Positions 10,814-21,700 of a stretch of 64,000 bases of DNA are shown piece by piece (positions within the stretch are counted from its first letter, which is position 1; each line of letters begins with the position of its first letter). The notes below the pieces were generated by a model. The model worked only from the letters and a program-made list of their open reading frames with translations. It made no database searches and was not told the DNA's origin. The DNA lies in the NCBI RefSeq assembly GCF_052425735.1, contig NC_135767.1, positions 18,848,001 to 18,912,000 on the forward strand, given 5' to 3'. Source of the DNA: Oculina patagonica (lineage: Eukaryota). The position numbers were made by a program, and so were the translations under genes.

Positions 10814-13800
10814 ATGCTGTTGGCTACACTTGTATTTATACTGTCTTTGGCGGAAAAAATGAGAGCAAAAGAGAATGGCGTTTTCTTTAAAATCGATGAA
10901 AACGCTTTTCTTTTTAATGAAAACAGCATTTTTAATGGCAAGGCAGATTCTTTGTTGTCCTGTTCACAAATGTGTGCCAAGCAAGATGCTTGTAAAAGTG
11001 CAAATTTTATAGCAAGCCACGGAACTTGCTCACTTCACACTGATGGTCAAACAGAGCAGGCAGAAAATATTTTAAAACGAGACGGTTCTTTATATTTGGA
11101 AAAGGTTTGTATAATGCGATCAGAACCTTGTCAGAGTCTCAAGATCCATTTTAATGGGAAAAAAAATAAATTTAAAATTTGTATAGGCCAATATGTTTAA
11201 CTAAATGCCGGATATATGACAACTGTCAACATGACATTAATTAAAAGAACTTAAAAACAATTTGTACTCGTTATTCAACGACTATAATTCTAAGATTCCA
11301 ACCAATTTTTATGCTTCTAAAAACACCAGTAGTTGTTTCTTACTCGATAATATGATAAATTTATGTATGTATGTATGTTGTTGTTATTGTTGTTGTTGTT
11401 TTTTCATGTCGATTTTTAGTCCGGTCTGAATTAAAAAGACGAATTTCAATCAAAACCATAAATATGGGATTAATATGAAGACAGCACCAAGCGTAAACAT
11501 GAAAACATCATGAAAACGACGGCTAAAGGCAGGGCTCGACATACATGCAGATGTTTTCAAAGCCCCGTCCGGTAGTCCTGTTTGGAAAGTGACTTCTCAT
11601 GCTCACTTGCCCAGTAAGCAAGGGCACAGGAAAGCCGTACCGACTAAACTATAGTTACAAAAAATACAATAATAAACTAATGTAATCACGTAACTGCCCC
11701 ACGCATAGCATAGAGTTGCTTGCCCGAAGGATAAGCTTGAATTCACGTTTTAACCTTTTAAAATTTTGCCCTTTTAAATTTCAATTTAAATTTTTTTCTT
11801 AAAAACCTTTTATCGGGATTAAAATTTACTATCAACACCATTTTGAAAAGATGGAAATACTTTTTACTTTATTTGCCTTCTATTTGTTTGATTTATTGTA
11901 TAAGGTTTTTCTATTGGTGTCACTTTTTACTAGTTATGATTAATCCTTAATAATTAACATTCCGTTTACAGGTTGGCTCGCCAAGAATCTCAAATTCACC
12001 GGGTAAGTGCAGTGATTATGAGTCATTTTTGAATGACCCATAAAAAAATAACATAATTTTGGTTAAAATGCTAAGAGATTGATAGTAACTAACTTCGGTG
12101 TCACGCCTTTGAAAGCAATAATACACTCTTTTTTTAAGCCCATACATTTTCTTGAATTTTGGGGCAAATCTCAGCCTCAACGTTCTTATAAAAATGGTTC
12201 TAATAAAATAAAAGAGTGTACTTAACGACGAAAGAACTCAAACCAGCACACAGTCAAAAATTTTCCCAGTACGAAAATTAAAATCGGTGAGCATGGATGC
12301 CATAAACAACGATTTATTCCCTGGGCCCGGTTGTTCAAAACTCCGATTAAACTAACCAACGATTAGGCCTAATCGTCGATTAAAATCACTAACACCGGGT
12401 TAGCTAATCGGTGGAATTGAGAACGTTGTTCAAAGCCCGATTAAAGGCACGATTAGTTAATCGTTGATTAACGGTTAGTACTTAGTGTAAAACAATTTGT
12501 ATTGTCTCGCTAATCGACGTTTAGTATCCCAAAAAGTAATTCTCCTTGAGTAAACACTGCGATGGTTCCCAATATGGCGTCCGCAGTGTCGCATGTGGTA
12601 AAAGGAAAACAGCTGTCGCGACGTAAAACTAACTGGTCCGATTCGAAAATAATCATTTTTCCAGTCGCATTAAATCATAGTGATGACTAGCATTTGGGAA
12701 ATTGGTTTCAGAGCGTGACCACGCTTCGTTAGACTTTCTCAAAGGGCGACTTGGTGCAAGTCTAACGCTTCGTAAATCTGCCTCTACGAGGTTTGTAATT
12801 TACTCTGAATTTACTGGATGTATTGAATTATTTGTACAATTATAGACGCTCTGCCGCGGCGAGGCCGTAGTTCTTGTTTATTTTGTATTGTATTTATTGT
12901 TTTATAAAGCTTAAAATAAAGCTTACACAGAAAAGAAATGTACAGCAAGAAGTAAATAAAACTATTTTAACGTTAAAGGTCGTAGTTCTTGATCGCAACA
13001 AGCCAGTATGTATGGTGTCGTTATATTGATAACTTCGCAGGCGTCTTTGTCTCACAAACAACAAGTCCGCCATTTTTCCAGTTTAATCGGCCGATTAGTG
13101 AGTTAATCTTCAACCGGAGCAGTGTTAAATTTAACCCTTAGTTTAATCGTTGATTAGCGCTAATCGGGCTTCGAGCAACGCAATCTAATCGCGCGTTAAA
13201 ATTTAATCGCCGATTAGCATATTTAATCGCTGATTAGCGCTAATCGGAGTTTTGAACAACCGGGCCCTGGTGTACAAGGTAACCTTCTTAACATATTTTA
13301 ATAATTTGGGTCATGATTAAAAAACGTACTTTATGTTGTAGGTACTAGTGAATCGTCAGCCCTCTCGTGCCAGGCCCTACACAGCCAATCTCCTCATACT
13401 TCTTCGGGTGTTTATCGGATCGATCCTGATGGTGGGTCCCAGACTAACGCGTTCAGGGCTTACTGTGATATGGAGACTGATGGAGGAGGCTGGACTCTAG
13501 TGTGGAGCTATACATTCACAAACTACGGTCATTTCAAGTATAACTCGAATACAATTACACCAAGACCAAATTGGCCAGCAGACCCTAGATTGGATGTTCC
13601 CATCTCGACAACTCCCTCATTGAACGAAACAGACTACAACGCCATAAACTTCTCGCAGTGGAAACAACTTGGCAGACAGATCCTGATCAAAAGCAACATC
13701 AACAACTGGTTGATATGCCATCCGGGAACTGGAAGTTTGGTTGATTGGCAGGACGGAAGCATCAGCTGTCATATTGCTAAACACGTGACGGATACTTGTA

Positions 13801-13994
13801 ACGGGACCGCACCGCCCTGGGACTTCATTTCGAGTAATGCCTATGGACCGCGATTCAGGACTTTAAAGAATTACTATTATTTCGATGGCTACACGGGAAG
13901 TCACTGGCCTACTCATGATCCTTGTGGAACAAACAACGGAAATCATGTGAAAAATGTGATTAACCCACATGGGAACATTTTCATTCGAGCCTAA
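10814..13994 (+). CDS. PAN/apple + fibrinogen-like (YCDxxxxGGGW) secreted protein, paralogue C (intact, ~324 aa)
   Basis: Exons 10814-11104 (MLLATLVFILSLAEKMRA signal-like; CSQMCAKQDACKSANF...CSL PAN pattern), 11972-12002 (VGSPRISNSP-G) and 13342-13994. A possible extra upstream coding exon is 10669-10698 (MLHHFFPKKA|gtaagt). Confidence 0.88.
12324..13266. mobile_element. PIF/Harbinger-type non-autonomous element in intron of paralogue C
   Basis: Perfect 26-bp TIRs GGCCCGGTTGTTCAAAACTCCGATTA, a CTG target-site duplication, and subterminal CGATTA/TAATCG repeats. Confidence 0.85.
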
Positions 13995-14655
13995 CCGAGA
14001 TGTTTAACGGATTTAAAATATGTCAAAGCGCACTTACGTTACGCTTAATTTAGATTGAAGAAGTTCAGCTTAGACTTCTACGATCATGGGGTAATCATGC
14101 AATGTTGATATAAACAGCAAACAGAACATGAATGCTGTGTAATTAACATTATTTGTTTTATTTTTCAATTATCTTTAATTGTTAATTGCATGCATATTTT
14201 TCATTTATTCATTAACTCTTTTTCGTATTTTAGAGTTTTGTTTGTGTTAAACTTTTCCTTTCTTTCTTTCTTTCTTTTATGTTATAATTAGCTGCATGTT
14301 CGTTTGTCCTTTTTCAAGTTGTTCTAAAATGATCTGTGTTTATATCGCATTTGAAGAGAATTGACAAGTAGTAGATGTGTTATTTAAAAAATTTAACATT
14401 GTATAATGCACGTTTGTTGGACAGTATTAATTTGTTTATGAGTGTGGAGGGCTTGTATAGATAGCGAGCTGTCCACTATTCTAGTCATGAATGGAACGTG
14501 GTTACCACTAAAATAAACATTTTTAGATGCTTTACACCGGCTACGTTTGATTATTATCGAGTGCATACTTCTGGAAATACATGTAGGGATCCAGCGAACA
14601 GGCCACACGCTGCAAACGGCAAACGTCAAAATGCTGCTGATCCTGCTTACTTTTT

Positions 14656-14696
<41 letters not shown>

Positions 14697-14907
14697 ACAA
14701 TGGCGAGGCGAAAGGCAAGTATTGTTATGCGAATCGGTAGAGATCTGTATCAAAAGTCAGTGAATACTACTTAGTTGAGCAGGAGTTTGTATCAAAAGTT
14801 AATTCTATTTTTTGATTCGTATTGGGGTTTACAGTTGTGTACATGTAATCTGAACACTGTGCTGGAATTGGTTTGCATTCTCCTGAATATTTAATGAATT
14901 TTACAAC
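14656..14907 (+). repeat. Dispersed repeat, second copy at ~38778-39107
   Basis: Collinear match GTAGTAGATAAAA...GCGGGAGATCTGTATGGGCGTTTACAATGGCGAG...GTATCAAAAGTTAATTCTATT...TTAATGAATTTTACAAC. This copy has an internal deletion relative to the other. Confidence 0.75.
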
Positions 14908-15189
14908 TTAAGTTACTGAATAAATCAGGAAATAAAATTAAAAAAATTGCTTATTTGTGATGAGGGAGGGGCAAATTACTCATGCCAACAGAAAACCACT
15001 CATTGCATGCAGCCGTCTACTATTTTCTTACGCGGAAACAGAACGTCTCTTTTCCGTGGTAGCAAAACATCGTTGTCAAGGCAACAGTTAGAGCACTTAT
15101 CACAACCCAGCTCTATTCGAAGCCCGCTAGCTGGTTGTGCACTTAGTAGCGTGAACATTTATTCCACCACAAGCATGTTTGGTCTTGTC

Positions 15190-15390
15190 GCTTGGTTTTT
15201 GCCGTGAGCTTATTAGGTTTTGCCTTGAGGTTATCTGGTTTTGTATTCCGTTTTGTCGTGAGGGTTTTATTTTTGAAGTTAGCTTATCAGGTTTTGCTGT
15301 GAGCTAATTTGGTTTTGTTATGAGGTTAATAGGCTTCATTTCCGTGAGCTTATTTGGTTTTCTAGTAAGGTTTTTGGTTTTGTGGTCCTC
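15190..15390 (+). repeat. Degenerate minisatellite (GGTTTTGCCGTGAG-like units)
   Basis: Repeated GGTTTTG(C/T)..TGAG(C/G)TTA motifs at roughly 20-25 bp spacing. Confidence 0.55.
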
Positions 15391-15797
15391 AGTTGCTTTA
15401 ATTGAATGTCAACTGGCAAAAAAGGGTTTTAGAACATGGGACCTTAAATCACTCATTAGTTCGAAATGACTTGTTTGAGACGGACGATTAAAATTATCAT
15501 TAAAGTTGTAACGATTGGCGCCTTGCATTACACGTCATATTTTGGAGCAAATTTTCTACAACGGATTAATTAGTTTTAGACAGAACATTTGTTTGAGACA
15601 GAAGGTTAAACATTTTATTAAAATTAAGGTTGTCATGATTGACGTTATATTATTTGCACGTCGTATAAGTTGGAGAAAATTTTCTAGAACTAATTATTAA
15701 AGCACACAAGCGCACACTGCACACAAAACAACAGAAGTAGCCAGAAGCTATCGACATCGGTTCCGAGATTATTATTCGTACAAAACATCAAAACATC

Positions 15798-18700
15798 ATG
15801 GTAGGACAGTTATTCAAAAACTTCAACTTTTTTTATTTATTTTTTTTTTAATGTGTAGCTAGTGACCTTCTAAAGGTTGAGTCATATTTTCCGTTAAGTT
15901 ACCTTCATTTCCTTTGGTTTTCCGCCCGGGGGAAGAACTTAACCTAACGTAAAATTTTTAAACTTGTGCTTTTTCTTTTCGGCTATCACATCCAAGCCCC
16001 ATGTATTCAGATTAAGTAGTATATTCTTTTGGGACGTAGGTTTAAAACTCCAAATTTTGAAATTTTAGAAGGGTTGTATGAGCTCAATTAAAGCTCTTAC
16101 CGCCAGGCAGTTTTGCAGGTGTTTGAAAGCCAATATATAACCTTCAAATGCAAACGAAAAAAGCTAAAACAAATAAGCAATGTATTACTTATTAAGTTTT
16201 ACAAGCTCTTTAAACATTTGGAGTCAATTTGTAAATAGCATGACGTTTTCTCTATTCGAGTTACATGCTAGTGACGCAAGACGTAAGCAACGATTCGCCT
16301 ATAGCGGTACACAAAGCCTGTTCAACGTTTACAGCGAAAAATGTGTGAAAATGGTTCTACAGAAGGAATTAGCTCATGTCTGTTCAACGTTTACAGCGAA
16401 AAATGTGTGAAAATGGTTCCACAGCAGGAATTAGCTCATGTCTGTTTGTCTTCTTCATAGACGCTACAGAACACAGCTGTATTGATACTATCCTTGGCAG
16501 TATCAATAAAAGCACAAGAGCATGACGTTTTCTTCAAGATCGAAGAAAACTCTTTTTTATCTGATGGAAACACTATTTGGAATGGAAAAGCAGACTCCTT
16601 ACTGTCCTGTTCACAAATTTGTGCGAGACAAGATGCTTGTAAAAGTGCAAGTTTCATGACAAAAGCAGGAGCATCTTCGCTTCACAGTGGAAAACAGAAA
16701 AAGCATAATGGCACCTTTTTGCAAAAAGAGAACTCTTTTTATTTGGAAAAGGTATGTTTATAAGCAAAGAACGAGGACATCCTGTAGTAAAGGTGTATTT
16801 TGCTTTAGTAAAGTAAATCATTTAGGATAAAACTTGACGACGTAACCTTTGTGCCTCACCATTAATTTTGAACATTTGTTAAACCGCTGTGTTTCCGAAG
16901 TTGCTTTAGTAAGCTATCCTCTTTTCATAATTCATCAATTGACTTATTATAAACCTGTTTTGTTTTTATTTTTTTTGTTTTTTTCAGGTTACTATAGCAA
17001 CACTGCCCACAATTAACGGTGAGCGAAGCAGCTTTTTGAAAAACCTTGTACGGATATTTCTTTTAAAGTTATCATCATCGTCATCATCATCATTATTATC
17101 AAATTTACCAATTATTATAGATAATAAATTAAAGGAAACAAGAACATTGAGAAGCTTGAGAAGCTTAAAATCGGGCGCTTCGCCTTGAAAGGCAGGGTTC
17201 AGTACAGCGGAAACCACGAAGCAGTTACTTAAGTAGCACTCAGTCCGACTGTGTTTGTGTAAGTCACAGGGCTTGCATGAGCTGTATTAGTGTGCATAAT
17301 ATAATATCTAGAACGTTGTCGAGATTGCATTATTACTTAATGACATGATGGTTTCTTTTCAATTTATAAATGTATCTCACACAATACAAATAAACGATTG
17401 AAGTAGACGACTAGACAATGTAAAGTTTTAAGACTTAGCAAAGTGCAGTGTATTGGTAATACTGAAGGTGCGGTTTCACCTGAAGGTCGTGTGCTTTTCG
17501 GTATTTTCCAGGCATTGCACTTTGATGGGACAGTACTACAACTGTTTACCGGGGAACTACTATTGTCAAGAAAATGATCACAACTTGTTGATGAATGATT
17601 GAACATTTGTTTCATACCATTACTGTAATAGCAATTGATGAAGGCTTTAGTCCTGAACCAAAGTATAAGGACTGGGAAATACTGAAACCCATTATCAGCC
17701 ACCTTAAACGGAAATATCTTGTTGGTGTTTCAAGGAATCCAAGGAAACTTCACTCATCCCATGTATCTATGTATTGCGGTATTTTGTAATTTTTTGAGTG
17801 ATTTTTGGGGATGTTTGGCAGGTGATAGTTTTTTTAAAAGAATTAGTAAAATTTAGACAACTAAGAAATATTGAAAATTTAATGTGAATTTAACATTGGA
17901 ATTTGAAGTTAGAAATTGGCAGACGGACACCAAACAGTCCCGTGACATCCTGGAGTGTTTTTGCATGGGGGTCAACTGTGTGATGATGTTTCCATTTTTT
18001 TCTTCAATCCCCACTGATAAAGAACTGTTGTTGGTGTTATGTTGGTGTTATCACATGTCAAGCCTTTAACAAGGTATGAAAGAACACAAGGATTTAAATT
18101 ATTCTGGTGCTCAATTTTTGCGTAACTAAAATTAATGTTACTCAAATTCCTGATGGATTCTGTCTTAAACTGTTACGAGCTTAGTATTTCCAAATTATTG
18201 CATGTCAATGTAAGGCAAGACAAGACATGCCTTGGTTCTTATGTAATTCTCTTAAAAACACATAAGATATTGACTATAATTTTGTCTGTGCTATGGCAAT
18301 TCACAGTGGGGTGGTCTTGATGTGTCTTTAACTTGTAGACTGGACTGGACTAGTAAAACGCGGACTAGTAAAACGCGGACTTGTAAAACGCCTCTAGACA
18401 CTTCGAATTCCTTGGCCACAATCATCTTACGGCTCTCTTCAATACATAATGTCTCAAAAAAACAGTAACCTCAGAAAGAAGTCAGAAGCAAATAAGGTCG
18501 AAAGACCGAATTTGAACATATAACGGCAAATGTTCTAATGTCACGAACGTAGGAGTCGTGTAGGCCCGTCACCTTTATTTACCACATACTGCCCCCAAAT
18601 TAAAACAGTACCCTCAGAAAGAAGTCAGAAGCAAATAAGGTCGAAAGACCGAATTTAAACATTTAACGGCAAATATTCTAATGTCACGAACGTAGGAGTC

Positions 18701-21700
18701 GTGTAGGCCCGTCACCTTTATTTACGATTGACTGTTGATTTCTGGACGGGCCCCGTTCTACCTCGTGCGAGCAATACAAACGACTGCACTCAACAGACGT
18801 CAAGTAGTGGAAAGAAAGAAACATATGCACACAACTCATAGCATCAATCCCGTTGTTTTAGTAGGGGTTTGCAGAACGAACATGTGCTATACTGCAAAAA
18901 CATCTCCACGCTAAAACAGACCATAGAGTGCTCAAAAAAGCTAGAAATATGCCGTCGAAGAAACACACAAGAGCTTCAAACACAAATTGTTTCGCTCGCT
19001 AAACCGTTTAGTTTTATCCGATTTACAAGCGCTTGTTTTACAAGTCCGCGTTCTACAAGTCCGTGCTTAACAAGCCCTCGTTTTACAAGTCCGCGTTTTA
19101 CAAGTCTGCGTTTTACTAGTCCTCGTTTTACAAGTCCGCGTTTTACTAGTCCGCGTTATACTAGTCCGCGTTTTACAAGTCCGCGTTTTACTAGTCCGCG
19201 TTTTACTAGTCCAGTCCAGTCCTCGAAATACAGTATGCCAAAACTCCCCGCCCTCTAAAGATAAGTCCTTGACGGTTCTTGTCGTTTTTCGGTGCCTATT
19301 CATCTTCGGCATCTTTCTCATCCACCTCTCGTTCTGTCCTGTGTCTGTCATCACACGAAAGAAAAGCTGATTCTCAAAAAATCTGCCACAAAAGGAAATT
19401 GACAAAAACAATATGAAAACCATATATCGAAAGTTTCTTATTCTAAAATTTTATCATACGTCTTAATTCAGAGCTACAAAGAAGTTCCTCCTTTTGAGTT
19501 ATTGATACTGTTCTTACAGTACCTCTTTCCACTAGCGAAATTTTACAAAATTCCTTCGCGGCGAAAAGGTAGCGCGAATCCAGAACAGACTCCAATCGAG
19601 AGTGGGTTAATTCTAGATTACTATTAATTAACTATTACAACATTCATTTTTAAAATAGTTTCCCAAGCCGACTAAGCTAACTAAACGTCGAGTGTATCTT
19701 TCAGTAAACAAAACATGCCGTTATGACGCCGGAAATCCAGCTCACGCATACTATACCCCGTGACTCACGCAAACCTCCGACTTACGTGCTACTACAGTCA
19801 TTCCTTTCTAAACATTTTTTTTTGAACACCACCGTACCTTTCTACCCAAAAAACTCATGAAACCGCCCGGTTTTAACCTGTTTTAACCTTTCAAAAATTA
19901 GAGCGTTCGAAACTAAATAAGATCCGTAATCACAAACAACATACAGCCGTTTACCAGCACTCTTTAAAACTCCTGAAACCCTTCAAAATCAGGCAAAATA
20001 AATCTTTGAAATAACCTTTATCAATGTTTCTTATTTTTTATTCAGTTCTATAAAATGCCTTTCATACACTACTGTCAAACAAAAATTTCAATTTCCTCAA
20101 AGTTTCAAGACAAAAGAATAACAAATATTTCGTGCACAATGTAATTTGATTAAGCCAATATTATCACGTCTAAAAATACTTCAAGCAATTCAGTGAAAAC
20201 CCGTTTTTTTTTTCGTATCAACGAAAACCACTTTCGAATAATCAATACATGAAAATAACAATAAGATCAAAAGGAAGAAAGGAACCTTTCTAATTATTTG
20301 AAGACTTTCAAAGCCGTGATATTATGCATCCAATCCGCGATAAAATTTAATTACAACAAAATCCAAGTTCTCATTTTGAATTCCATTTTTTTCAGTTGAT
20401 ACCTTTATCCAACTTGTGAAAAATTCCATTCAAGTTCCTATTAATACTGTACATTCCCAATGTTTTGCTCAGGTCTTCAGAAGCGTCTTACTAACCAAAT
20501 CTAAAATAATTCCAAAACATGCTGTACAAACATTCTACTCTTTGTGACAAACGACTTGACGACCAATTGTTCAGAAATGAAAATCGACACAGTTCTTGCT
20601 AAATAAAAAAAACGTTTTACGGCGGAGTCAGGCTCAAAAAATATACCGCAAGATCACACCCCCATTCATAGTCAGAAACCAGCAAACCATCTAGTTTGCT
20701 AAAAAAAAAAACACTGCGTGACATCAATGACGTTACCTTTTTCATTTACAAAAATAACTTTAACTTGTCAAAGTAAGTGCAATTTCACAATGGTGAATAT
20801 CAGTACAGTATGGGGCCCAGTTCTCGGCCACTTTGTGTTTAACGCGTTTTTTCACACTCCAGTTGAATCAAAAGAAAAAGGTATTTCCTTCAAACGATAG
20901 ACTGATTCATGTGCTTTAAGTATCTTGAGTTTGATCGTTCAATTCGATATAGAAAGCTCACACGTCGAGTTTACGCGGAGGTAGGTGAATTTGCATTCCC
21001 GAAAAAGTTGTTTGTTTACGGCTCCAAATTCATGGATGTAGTTAAATTCGTATTTTATCCAAAAGCCCCCACCATACGAGCTAATTTTTGGCATGTGCAA
21101 CGTAGAATAATTCAGCTTTCTGCTTTAGTTAACTTTTCGTTGAACCGTTGTATTTTTTGGTCTTAATTTACTTCGAAATTTTTTCTTGCGACGTTTGCGT
21201 ATTTGCCAGTTCTCGGCCACCCTGCTCGCTATCACAGCTTAGCGCTTGGTTTTTAATATAATTTCATCTGCTGCTGCCAGAATGAAAGAAATAAATGTTT
21301 TAAAAATAAAGTTCAATCTTATCTCTAAGTTTTGAGCTGACTCTTGTCTTGTCTATTATTTCTACAACACCTAAATCTTTCAAGACCTTTTCACTGCAAA
21401 ATAAACCATCTAAATGCACGGGTCACACAACGCGGTTTTGCCAGAACCTGCACATAGGCAACTAGGCGCGTTAAAATCCTTCTTTTCTAAAGTAAAACAA
21501 AGCATCATAAAAATAATTTGGGATCGATATAGTATAAATAGGTTTACAGAGTGATTTTATGACTGTGAAAATTAATTGAGCATTTTTTTACAGATAATTA
21601 CGCACAAGCTTTTTAGTGGCCGAGAACTGGGCCAAGGTGGCCGAGAACTGGGCCCACAAATGGAGCTTTTATTTTTATTATTGCTTGGGCAAATTAATTT

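Noticed and set aside
18869-19423. ORFs with (FTSPR)n and (KTRTS)n repeats
   Set aside because: Translations of a 15-bp transposon subterminal array on both strands.
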